64,000 nt of DNA from Bacteroidetes bacterium CG2_30_33_31 (lineage in GTDB: Bacteria > Bacteroidota > Bacteroidia > Bacteroidales > UBA1556). Below are positions 1 through 8,963 of this stretch, in pieces (within the stretch, counting starts at the first letter, position 1; every line of letters begins with the position of its first letter). Both the position numbers and the translations under genes were made by a program. The notes beneath the pieces were generated by a model that saw nothing but the letters and a program-made list of their open reading frames with translations, did no database searches and was not told where the DNA came from. Location: NCBI GenBank assembly GCA_001872625.1, contig MNXP01000008.1, positions 38,269 through 102,268 of the forward strand, in the 5' to 3' direction.

Positions 1-1071
1 GTCGAAATAAATGTCGGCAAGTTTAAGTGAAGAGAATGCTTTTTGAAGATTATTTGTGGTGCTCTTTTCCACTGAAAGTTTCAGATATTCAATGGCTTTA
101 GGAATATTTTTATTTTTTAATTCTACTTCAGCAAGAGCAAAATATAATTGGTCCAAATAATCTTTATTCTTTTCATCTTTTAACATTTTAAGCAGCTGAT
201 TTACAATGTCTTTAGCGTTTCCATTGGTGCCGTCATAACATTTTGCCATGTTAATTCTGGCATTGAAATCCATTTCATAGGCTGCGTTATTTTTAAGTAC
301 TTTTTGGTAAGAAGCAATGGCATCATAAAATTGCAATCTCTTTTGCTGCACTTGTCCAAGTATAAAATAAAGTCGCGCCTTATCAGATTTTCTTTTGTTA
401 GAATTTATCGATTGATTGAGATATGGGATTGCAGCCTCATAATTTTTTTGTTTCAAATATAAATCAGCATATACCATTGGAAACAAACGTTTTACCTCGT
501 CGCTTACCATGCCTTGCTGCATTTTATTTTGAATATTGCCTAAATTTCCTCTTGCCTCATCGTAATCGCCTTGAATAACTTGTACTCTGGCAATCCACAA
601 TAATGCATCAAATTTAACAATTTCTTTATCATATTTGCTTGCTACATATTTAAATGTTTGTTTAGCCAAACCATAATCATGGCCGTAAAATCTTGAAATT
701 CCCATCATCATATAGCTGTAATACACCCATTTAACTTTTTCGGAACCATTAAAAACCATTGAATGTTGATGAATTACTATAGAAGCTTTCTTAATAGCTC
801 TATCCAGATTAAGGGCAGCATTTTTCACACCATCATCTGTTCCCAAAGGAAAAACATCAAGAATTTCTGAATAGTTATCTTTATGTTCAGATGCTATTGA
901 TTTTCGAGCATCTTCAATGGCCATTTGACCATTAAAATATGCATTATAATGAGCTGTGATATTATGAAAGTTGCGCCGTGTCCACGTATTTTTCTTGGTA
1001 GAACAGCTCCCAAAAACCAATAGGATAACTACTGTCCAAATAATAAAACTGAATTTATAAAGCCTTTTCAA
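1..1071 (-). CDS. TPR-repeat lipoprotein, N-terminal 357 codons only (gene runs off the window start); resembles T9SS/gliding lipoprotein PorW/SprE
   Basis: Absent from the ORF track because it is open at the window edge. Reverse-strand reading from TTG at 1071 gives LKRLYKFSFIIWTVVILLVFGSCSTKKNTWTRRNFHNITAHYNAYFNGQ..., a signal peptide with a lipobox Cys. The CSTKKNT...YN.YFNG opening is as I recall for SprE/PorW lipoproteins. TPR-like helical repeats follow, and the frame stays open to position 1 (ends ...LKLADIYFD). Confidence 0.6.
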   Translation of the reverse strand, partial: MKRLYKFSFIIWTVVILLVFGSCSTKKNTWTRRNFHNITAHYNAYFNGQMAIEDARKSIASEHKDNYSEILDVFPLGTDDGVKNAALNLDRAIKKASIVIHQHSMVFNGSEKVKWVYYSYMMMGISRFYGHDYGLAKQTFKYVASKYDKEIVKFDALLWIARVQVIQGDYDEARGNLGNIQNKMQQGMVSDEVKRLFPMVYADLYLKQKNYEAAIPYLNQSINSNKRKSDKARLYFILGQVQQKRLQFYDAIASYQKVLKNNAAYEMDFNARINMAKCYDGTNGNAKDIVNQLLKMLKDEKNKDYLDQLYFALAEVELKNKNIPKAIEYLKLSVEKSTTNNLQKAFSSLKLADIYFD

Positions 1072-1418
1072 TATTGATTTGTAATAATATATTAAATAAA
1101 TAGAATTAAATATCTGTTTTTCAGCAATTTAATTTTAAAAATAATTAATGCTTTATTTACAGAGATGTAATAACTTAAGTATTACAAAAATATTTTAATT
1201 ATGAATGCATTTTCACAATTCTTTTAAGAATTCTATTTTAACAAGAATCCTTAAAGTTTAATACTTTCAAAATTTCACGAAAAATAAACTCATATATTTA
1301 GGAAATGAGATTTATAAAAATTAAAAAGAAATTAACTGACTTAACTTTTTATGAAAATTTTATTGAATCAATCAATTTAGAAAACTCGATAATTATGCTG
1401 TTAATATAACAATTTAAT

Positions 1419-1426
1419 TATTTTTG
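1419..1426 (+). promoter_or_regulatory. Bacteroidota sigma-A -7 box (TAnnTTTG)
   Basis: TATTTTTG lies 32 nt upstream of the ATG at 1458 and matches the Bacteroidetes -7 consensus TAnnTTTG. Confidence 0.45.
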
Positions 1427-1457
1427 CGCGTGAATTAACTAACAGAAACTTTTACTT

Positions 1458-3242
1458 ATGGAAAATAATAAAATCTTAAGAGGTAGCGAATTCCTCGTTA
1501 AAAACATTGCTGCTGAAAATGTATTTATACCAGAACTTTTTGATGAGGAACAGAAAATGATTGTTCAAACCTGTGAAGATTTTCTTGAAGCAGAAGTTTT
1601 TCCAATACTTAATCGTATCGATAAACAAGAACCTGGATTAATGCGTGATTTGATTTCCAAAGCCGGAGAGCTTGGTTTGTTAGGAATCTCAATATCTGAA
1701 GATTACGATGGTTTTGGGCAAAACTTTGTAACCTCCATGCTTGCCTCTGAAGCTATGGGCGCTGGGCATTCCTTTTCTGTTGCTTATTCGGCTCATACAG
1801 GCATTGGAAGCTTACCATTGGCATATTATGGCACTCAAGAACAGAAGCAAAAATACCTCTCGAAGCTTGCTACAGGCGAATGGGCTGCAGCATATTGCCT
1901 AACAGAACCAAACGCTGGCTCAGATGCTAATTCAGGAAAGACACACGCTAACTTGACTGAAGATGGAAAGCATTATATTCTCAATGGCCAGAAAATGTGG
2001 ATTACTAATGGTGGTTTTGCAGATTTATTTACAGTTTTTGCAAAAATCGACAATGACCGAGTTTATTCGGCTTTTTTGGTTGAAAGCAATTGGAATGGCG
2101 TTGTAATAAATACGGAAGAAAAGAAAATGGGTATCAAAGGCTCGTCTACTGTTCAGCTATTTTTTAATGATGTGAAAGTTCCTGTGGAAAACCTTTTAGC
2201 AAAACGTGGACAAGGTTTCAGAATAGCTTTAAATATTTTGCATTTAGGAAGAATAAAACTCGGCGCGGCAGTTCTTGGTTCTGCCAAACGCACTATAACT
2301 CAGTCTGTTAATTATGCCAACGAAAGAAAACAATTTGGAATTGAAATTTCCAGTTTTGCAGCTATTAAATATAAATTGGCTCAACAAGCAATAAGAACTT
2401 GGGTAACCGAATCAGCAGTTTATCGAATTGCCGAAAATATTGACAGATTGAAAGATGAGCTTATGAATTCGGGCATGAGAAAGGAAGATGCCATTATGGA
2501 GGCTATTGCTCAGTACGCTGTTGAAGATGCTGCCATGAAAGTTTTTGGTTCTGAAACCCTTGATTACGTGGTAGATGAAGGAGTTCAGATTTTTGGTGGA
2601 ATGGGATTTTCGGCCGAAATGCCCGTTGACAGGTCTTATCGCGACTCTCGTATTAACAGAATTTTTGAAGGAACGAATGAAATTAACAGGCTACTTATTT
2701 CAGAAACTCTCATCAAAAAAGGACCAAAAGTTGGAATCAATTTTAAAGAACAGTATGAGAAAATATCTGCAGAAATCGAAAACAAGGATTTAAATAAATA
2801 TTCAGGCGATGATTTTTTTGAAGAGCTCAAATATTATTTATCAAATTTCAAAAAACTTGCTCTTCTTATTATTGGCTCATTTCTGGAAAAAATTCCTAAC
2901 GGATTTATTGCAGAACAAGAGATTATGTCAGCATTGTCAGACATTTTGATTTGTGTTTACACAGCTGAGTCAGCCATGCTTCGCAGCGAAAAAATTGAGC
3001 AAATTAATGGAGCTAATGCAGCAAAATATGCTAAAATTATTGCCGAACTTTATATGTATGATGTAACTTTCAAGATGAGAAAGCATGCTTATGACGCAGC
3101 AAATTCTTTTCTGAAAGACGACGAACTGAAATCTATTTTGGCAACAATCGACATGCTTACTGATTTTAAACCAGTAAATATTCGTGAATCCCACAGATTT
3201 TTGGCAGATAAAATTATCGAAGAAAATAACTATTGCTTTTAA
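1458..3242 (+). CDS. Acyl-CoA dehydrogenase, long (594 aa) form with C-terminal extension
   Basis: ACAD signatures YCLTEPNAGSDA, GQKMWITNG and QIFGGMGF..E.PVDRSYRDSRINRIFEGTNEINR. The length fits the FadE-like long ACADs. Confidence 0.9.
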   Translation: MENNKILRGSEFLVKNIAAENVFIPELFDEEQKMIVQTCEDFLEAEVFPILNRIDKQEPGLMRDLISKAGELGLLGISISEDYDGFGQNFVTSMLASEAMGAGHSFSVAYSAHTGIGSLPLAYYGTQEQKQKYLSKLATGEWAAAYCLTEPNAGSDANSGKTHANLTEDGKHYILNGQKMWITNGGFADLFTVFAKIDNDRVYSAFLVESNWNGVVINTEEKKMGIKGSSTVQLFFNDVKVPVENLLAKRGQGFRIALNILHLGRIKLGAAVLGSAKRTITQSVNYANERKQFGIEISSFAAIKYKLAQQAIRTWVTESAVYRIAENIDRLKDELMNSGMRKEDAIMEAIAQYAVEDAAMKVFGSETLDYVVDEGVQIFGGMGFSAEMPVDRSYRDSRINRIFEGTNEINRLLISETLIKKGPKVGINFKEQYEKISAEIENKDLNKYSGDDFFEELKYYLSNFKKLALLIIGSFLEKIPNGFIAEQEIMSALSDILICVYTAESAMLRSEKIEQINGANAAKYAKIIAELYMYDVTFKMRKHAYDAANSFLKDDELKSILATIDMLTDFKPVNIRESHRFLADKIIEENNYCF

Positions 3243-3288
3243 ATATTTCGCCCAAAACACTTTAAGGCTTGTAATATTTTAAGCTTTA

Positions 3289-3639
3289 TTATTCTGATAA
3301 AGTGATGCTTACACTTTCAATTTGACCACCAAGCGGTGGGTTCATCTTATGAAGTTTGATGTCTATAGATTCTATTTTAGCAAATCTTTTTCGTATAGCT
3401 GTTAAAATTCTGCGAGCAATATGTTCCAATAGATGCGAAGGAGTTTTCATCTCTTCTTTAACGAGAAGATAAACTTCTTGATAGTTTATAGTATCTTTAA
3501 GATTATCGCTTTCCTCGGCTTTTTCTGTTGAAGTTTCGATGTATAAATCAATTACAAAACGTGTTCCTATTACTTTTTCCTCTTCAAAATGACCATGGTA
3601 TGAAAAAAATTCCATCCCTTCTATTGCAATTACCGACAT
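3289..3639 (-). CDS. folB: Dihydroneopterin aldolase
   Basis: 116 aa. IEGMEFFSYHGHFEEEKVIGTRFVIDL...INYQEVY is typical of the FolB fold. Confidence 0.88.
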   Translation of the reverse strand: MSVIAIEGMEFFSYHGHFEEEKVIGTRFVIDLYIETSTEKAEESDNLKDTINYQEVYLLVKEEMKTPSHLLEHIARRILTAIRKRFAKIESIDIKLHKMNPPLGGQIESVSITLSE

Positions 3640-4100
3640 TGATTTCAGACTTAAATATTATTTGGCTAAAGTACTAAATTGTGCAATTGAAAAACTCTAA
3701 AATCTATGTCATCCTTTCGAGAAAAATTTACATTAAACTACAAATCTACCGAATTCAACGAAGAAATTAATAGTAATTTTTCGATATTCTGATGAGATAA
3801 AAGTTTATTTTTCTTTGAAGATAAATTGATAAAAAAATAAGATTTTTGCCTTTGGCTATAGGGATTTGCATATTCAATAAAGAAAGCATAAATATTCATG
3901 CATTGCAATCAAAGTATTTGGCAGAGAATCACAGTAAGCTGGCAAATATGCTTCGCCAATTGAAGTAAATAATGTTTTTTTAGTAAATAAAATTTTTCAG
4001 TAGCATACAAAACTATATTTATAAAGCAGCAGATATAAAGCGAGAAACGGCAATTATTTTTTTAGTCTAAAAATCTAAAATTCCATAAGCAATATTCTTG

Positions 4101-4108
4101 TATTTTTG
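4101..4108 (+). promoter_or_regulatory. -7 box TAnnTTTG
   Basis: TATTTTTG lies 41 nt upstream of the ATG at 4149. Confidence 0.4.
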
Positions 4109-4148
4109 AAGTTTCTAATTGTTAAACAATTTCTAACAAATTGAGTTT

Positions 4149-4952
4149 ATGTTATCTATTTTAAAAGAGAAGAAATTTATTATCAACTTAAGCCTTGTTA
4201 TGCTGCTGATATTGATAATTATTTGGGGAACTCTTAAATCCTTAGAAAAGTTTACAAGGCATGGGCAAGCGATTTCGGTACCAGATTTAACTGGTCAATT
4301 TTTAAATGAGATAGAAGGCAATACTGAATATCAAAATTTTACATTTACCATTGCTGATTCAGTTTATGACCTCAGCAAAGAGAAAGGCACTATTTTATCG
4401 CAAGACCCAAAACCCTCGGCACTTGTAAAAGAAGGCCGAGTAATATATCTTACTATTGTAGGAAGAAATCCAAAGCAAGTGATAATGCCTGAACTGAAAG
4501 ACCTTAGCTTACGTTCTGCAAGCTCAGTTCTTGAAACTTATGGTTTGAAAGTGGGAAATATCTCTTATATACCCGATATAGCCACTAATGCCGTGCTTCA
4601 ACAGAAATATAGAGGAGAAATTGTACCTGCTGGCCAGCTTGTAAGAATTGGGACTGTGATAGATTTGGTTCTTGGATTGGGCGAGCAAAAAGGACTTGTG
4701 CCAGTGCCTGTACTCATAGGGCTCACACATTCAGAAGCTTTTGTACTACTTCAACAATCGGCTCTGGTAGTGGGTTTAGAACATTTCGATGAGGGTGATG
4801 ATACCACATCTGTTAGAATTTATAGACAGTCGCCAATTTATAGTAAAAACAGCTCAGCAATTTATGGAAGCAAAGTTGAACTTTGGTATAAATCCGATAA
4901 AAATTTCAACTTCGATGAATATTTAGAGAAAATTGCTCTTGACACACTCTAA
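4149..4952 (+). CDS. PASTA domain-containing membrane-anchored protein
   Basis: N-terminal TM helix followed by three PASTA-like repeats (ISVPDLTGQ..., VIMPELKDLSLRSASSVLETYGLKVG, VPVPVLIGLTHSEAFVLLQQSALVVG). It lies in the PASTA-rluD neighbourhood typical of Bacteroidota. Confidence 0.75.
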   Translation: MLSILKEKKFIINLSLVMLLILIIIWGTLKSLEKFTRHGQAISVPDLTGQFLNEIEGNTEYQNFTFTIADSVYDLSKEKGTILSQDPKPSALVKEGRVIYLTIVGRNPKQVIMPELKDLSLRSASSVLETYGLKVGNISYIPDIATNAVLQQKYRGEIVPAGQLVRIGTVIDLVLGLGEQKGLVPVPVLIGLTHSEAFVLLQQSALVVGLEHFDEGDDTTSVRIYRQSPIYSKNSSAIYGSKVELWYKSDKNFNFDEYLEKIALDTL

Positions 4953-4977
4953 GAAATTATTTACGAATTAATTTACA

Positions 4978-6915
4978 ATGACCACTTTAAAAAGATTTTT
5001 AATATTCATTTTCACCATCCTTTTAGGAGGATTCTATGCATCTGCTCAGGAATTTATAAGTCCGCTTTCTTCATATCCTACTTTATTGAAATATAATAAT
5101 TTACAAGAAAAATCTACCACCAAAGGTTCATCGGCGATATTTTTGAAATTACCCTTTATTGACGATTTTAGTTATAACAGATTATCACCAGATGATAGAC
5201 TTTGGAGCAATAAATATGTGTTTATTAACAAGAGTTTTGGTGTGAATCCCGTAACTATAGGAGTTGCTACTTTTGATGCAGTAAACGACACTGGAGGCAT
5301 TTATTCTTATGCTTCTTCATTCCCCTTTATTGCTGATAGCCTCACCTCCAATTACGTTAGACTTGATTCTACCATCGGCTCATTAAATCAACTTCTCTCT
5401 CCAGCAGACTCTATTTATCTAAGTTTCTATTTTCAGCCACAAGGCATAGGAAATCCGCCAGAAAAAGAAGATTCTTTGATTTTGCAATTTTTCAATCCAC
5501 TGGCAAATTTGTGGACAAACATCTGGCAGCATGAAGGAATGTCTCTCGATAGTTTTAGAAATATGTACGGAGTAGATTTTAAAATGGTGTCAATTCCGAT
5601 TGTGAATCCAGCATATTTCTCCAAATATTTCAGGTTTAGATTCTTAAATAAAGTCAGTATTCCAAATAATACCATTCCTTCTTGGCGTTCGGGTTTATAC
5701 GACCATTGGAATTTGGATTATGTATATTTGAATAAAGATAGAAATTATGGCGATAATTCTATAAGCGACCTTGCTTTTATGGAAAGCAAAAATACTCTTC
5801 TAAAAAATTATGTTTCAATGCCTTGGGAGCAATATAAAGTTGCTGCGGCTGCCGAAATTGATAATACAATTTCAGTAAAATTTAGAAATATGGATTTAAG
5901 CCCCACTGTAAAAAACGTGAATCAGTTTTTCAGCATAGAGGATTTATATGATAAAAGTTTTTACAAAGCAACGCCTTACCCGAGTTCTTTCAACATGACT
6001 TCTGGAATGCAAGTAAATTATTTACCAAGTTATGGAGGTTATACATTTCAAAGTAGCAGTCCAAAATATGCCGATTTTGAAGTAATGTATAGAGTATTAA
6101 CAAATACGCCACCTGCCGAAAGCATAAGAACTAATGATACCATGAGATTTTACCAAAGGTTTTATAATTATTATGCCTATGATGATGGAATCCCTGAGGC
6201 AGGGTATGGCCTTTCAAATGCTTCGGCGCGTTTGGCATACAAATTTACTTTGAACAAAGGCGATTCTTTACAGGCGATAGAAATGTATTTCAATCAGACT
6301 TTGGGCAATTCAAGTCAGCAATATTTTTACCTCACTGTGTGGGACGACAACAACGGACAACCAGGAAATGTTATTTACGAAAAAGCAGGTAAAAGACCTG
6401 AATATCAGAGTGATTTATTTAAATATTATACTTATAAACTTGACAAAGGAATATATCTTACAGGCACTTTTTATGTCGGCTGGCGCCAAAATACTTATGA
6501 TAATATGAATCTTGGATTTGATATGAATAAAGACAACCACAATAAAATTTTCTATAATTCCACTGGCACTTGGCTAAATAGTTCTTTTGCTGGTACACTG
6601 ATGATTAGACCAATATTGGGCTCAGAAAAAGTTGCTTATACTGGTATTGTATCTTCAAAGCAAAACCTTGCCGACCTAATTATCTATCCCAATCCTTGCT
6701 CAACGAGTATTCTGAATATCGAAATTCAAAATCTCAGTCAAAGTGAAAAATTGAAATTAAACACTCAGATTTATAATATCAACGGACAACTTATTTATTC
6801 TGAACAGTATAGCCCCATAATTAGAACTGATAATTTGAAAAAAGGGATCTATTTAGTAAAAATATCTTCTGATGATCTTAGAATTAATAAATCCAAAAAA
6901 CTTATAATTCAATAG
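4978..6915 (+). CDS. Secreted protein of unknown function with T9SS type A C-terminal sorting domain
   Basis: Signal peptide (FTILLGGFYASAQ). The C-terminus IYPNPCSTSILNIEIQNL...NINGQLIY...KGIYLVKISSDD...KLIIQ follows the Por-secretion CTD pattern. Confidence 0.8.
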   Translation: MTTLKRFLIFIFTILLGGFYASAQEFISPLSSYPTLLKYNNLQEKSTTKGSSAIFLKLPFIDDFSYNRLSPDDRLWSNKYVFINKSFGVNPVTIGVATFDAVNDTGGIYSYASSFPFIADSLTSNYVRLDSTIGSLNQLLSPADSIYLSFYFQPQGIGNPPEKEDSLILQFFNPLANLWTNIWQHEGMSLDSFRNMYGVDFKMVSIPIVNPAYFSKYFRFRFLNKVSIPNNTIPSWRSGLYDHWNLDYVYLNKDRNYGDNSISDLAFMESKNTLLKNYVSMPWEQYKVAAAAEIDNTISVKFRNMDLSPTVKNVNQFFSIEDLYDKSFYKATPYPSSFNMTSGMQVNYLPSYGGYTFQSSSPKYADFEVMYRVLTNTPPAESIRTNDTMRFYQRFYNYYAYDDGIPEAGYGLSNASARLAYKFTLNKGDSLQAIEMYFNQTLGNSSQQYFYLTVWDDNNGQPGNVIYEKAGKRPEYQSDLFKYYTYKLDKGIYLTGTFYVGWRQNTYDNMNLGFDMNKDNHNKIFYNSTGTWLNSSFAGTLMIRPILGSEKVAYTGIVSSKQNLADLIIYPNPCSTSILNIEIQNLSQSEKLKLNTQIYNINGQLIYSEQYSPIIRTDNLKKGIYLVKISSDDLRINKSKKLIIQ

Positions 6916-6916
6916 T

Positions 6917-7948
6917 ATGAAAGAAGAAGATTTAGACTCTATAATACTTGATGATAAAGAACTCTACGAGCACTTTAGAATTGTTGCCGACAAAGGACAA
7001 GCGCAAATAAGGGTCGATAAATTCTTGATGAGCCGCATAGAAAATGTTTCAAGAAATAGATTACAGAATGCTGCAAAAGCGGGAAATATTCTCGTAAATG
7101 GCGTGGTGGTAAAACAAAATTACAGAGTGAAACCTAATGACGTTATTTCGATAGTAATGACAACACCTCCGCGAATTACTGATGTAGTTGCCGAGGATAT
7201 TCCGCTCAACATAATTTATGAAGATGCCGATATTATAATGATAAATAAAGCCGCTGGAATGGTTGTGCATCCTGCCCATGGAAATTTTACTGGCACCTTA
7301 CTCAACGGACTTAAATTTCATTTACAATATGAAATGGCTAAAAACCCTGATATTGCACCACTTTTAGCCCATCGAATAGATAAAGATACTTCTGGAGTTC
7401 TGCTGATTGGAAAAAGTGAAATGGCGCAAGCAAAATTAGCCAAGCAATTTTTTGACCATAGCATACAGCGAAAATATATTGCCATTGTATGGGGCGATTT
7501 TACTGAAGATGAAGGCACTATTGAGGGAAATATTGGTAGAAGCCTCAAAAATAGAAAGGTAATGAGTGTTTTCCCTGAGGGCGATTTTGGAAAACATGCC
7601 ATCACACATTGGAAAGTTATTGAAAGATTTGGATATATTACTGCCATAGAATGTCAACTTGAAACAGGAAGAACACATCAGATTCGTGCTCACATGAAAT
7701 ATATTGGTCATCCACTTTTTAATGATGCTAACTATGGCGGCGATCAAATTTTAAAAGGAACTACCTTCACTAAATATAAGCAATTTGTGCAAAATTGTTT
7801 TAAGATATTACCTCGCCAAGGGCTACACGCCAAGTCATTAGGCTTTATTCACCCAAAGACTAACAAGGCAATATTTTTTGACTCTGAATTGCCAAGTGAT
7901 ATGAGTGAACTAATGAACAAATGGAGACATTATGGTGCAAATAATTAA
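6917..7948 (+). CDS. rluD: 23S rRNA pseudouridine synthase, RluA/RluD family
   Basis: S4 domain (RVDKFL), catalytic HRIDKDTSGVLL motif, and GRTHQIRAH. Confidence 0.92.
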   Translation: MKEEDLDSIILDDKELYEHFRIVADKGQAQIRVDKFLMSRIENVSRNRLQNAAKAGNILVNGVVVKQNYRVKPNDVISIVMTTPPRITDVVAEDIPLNIIYEDADIIMINKAAGMVVHPAHGNFTGTLLNGLKFHLQYEMAKNPDIAPLLAHRIDKDTSGVLLIGKSEMAQAKLAKQFFDHSIQRKYIAIVWGDFTEDEGTIEGNIGRSLKNRKVMSVFPEGDFGKHAITHWKVIERFGYITAIECQLETGRTHQIRAHMKYIGHPLFNDANYGGDQILKGTTFTKYKQFVQNCFKILPRQGLHAKSLGFIHPKTNKAIFFDSELPSDMSELMNKWRHYGANN

Positions 7949-7974
7949 TTCCCAGATTAAAGCCTGATGCATTT

Positions 7975-8835
7975 ATGTCTAAAATAAAAAATTATCTGTC
8001 TTTTATAAAATTTGCTCATAGCATTTTTGCCATGCCTTTTGCCCTACTTGGGTTTTTTATGGCATTGAATATTAATAATTTAACTTTCGACTTCACTAAA
8101 CTTATCTATATTATTTTGGCAATGATTTTTGCAAGAAATTCTGCCATGGGTTTCAATAGATATATCGACAGAAATATTGATAAAAATAATCCAAGGACAA
8201 AAAACCGAGAAATACCAGCAGGAATAATTAATCAAAAATCAGCACTTATATTTGTGATTATTAATTCCTTACTATTCATTGCAACAACTTATTTTATCAA
8301 CACACTTTGTCTATGGCTCTCGCCAATAGCCCTTGCAGTAATTCTTGGCTACAGTATCACTAAAAAATTTACCGCATTATGTCATTTAGTTCTGGGTTTG
8401 GGACTTTCACTAAGTCCAATAGGAGCTTATGTAGCTGTTACAGCTTCGTTTAATAGCATACTCCCAATAATAATTTCTTTAGCTGTGCTATTATGGACTG
8501 CTGGTTTCGATATTATTTATGCCCTTCAAGATGATGAATTCGATACAGCAAATAAATTGAATTCTATTCCACAAAAACTTGGACGCCAAAAAGCATTGCT
8601 ATTATCAAGAATTCTCCATTTTATTTCTGCTTTATTGATATTAATAACTGGTTTTATGATGGCAGTATCTGCTTGGTATTTTGTTGGCACAGCTGTCTTT
8701 ATTACTCTTTTAATTAATCAACACCACCTTGTAAAGATTGATGATTTATCTAAAGTTAATCTTGCCTTTTTTACCATGAATGGAATAGCAAGCGTGATTT
8801 TTGGAATATTTTCTATCCTATCTTTCTACATATAA
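7975..8835 (+). CDS. UbiA-family polyprenyltransferase (4-hydroxybenzoate polyprenyltransferase-like)
   Basis: Polytopic membrane protein with ARNSAMGFNRYIDRNIDKNNPRTKNREIPAG and a second Asp-rich motif YALQDDEFD. Confidence 0.85.
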   Translation: MSKIKNYLSFIKFAHSIFAMPFALLGFFMALNINNLTFDFTKLIYIILAMIFARNSAMGFNRYIDRNIDKNNPRTKNREIPAGIINQKSALIFVIINSLLFIATTYFINTLCLWLSPIALAVILGYSITKKFTALCHLVLGLGLSLSPIGAYVAVTASFNSILPIIISLAVLLWTAGFDIIYALQDDEFDTANKLNSIPQKLGRQKALLLSRILHFISALLILITGFMMAVSAWYFVGTAVFITLLINQHHLVKIDDLSKVNLAFFTMNGIASVIFGIFSILSFYI

Positions 8836-8911
8836 TATTATATAAATCTGTATCTTACAATTTATTTTAAAATAATTGCATTAGATATTGACATTAGATA
8901 TTGACTATCAT

Positions 8912-8919
8912 TATATTTG
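8912..8919 (+). promoter_or_regulatory. -7 box TAnnTTTG
   Basis: TATATTTG lies inside the TTG-extended ORF and 45 nt upstream of the ATG at 8964. This argues that 8964 is the true start of the giant gene. Confidence 0.45.
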
Positions 8920-8963
8920 CGACTTATCAGTACTTATATCTTAGAACAGTTAATATTCGCACT

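Noticed and set aside
8901-8963. TTG start at 8901 for the giant adhesin
   Set aside because: A TATATTTG -7 box lies at 8912-8919, inside that extension, so transcription probably starts downstream of 8901. The ATG at 8964 is the first start after the box.
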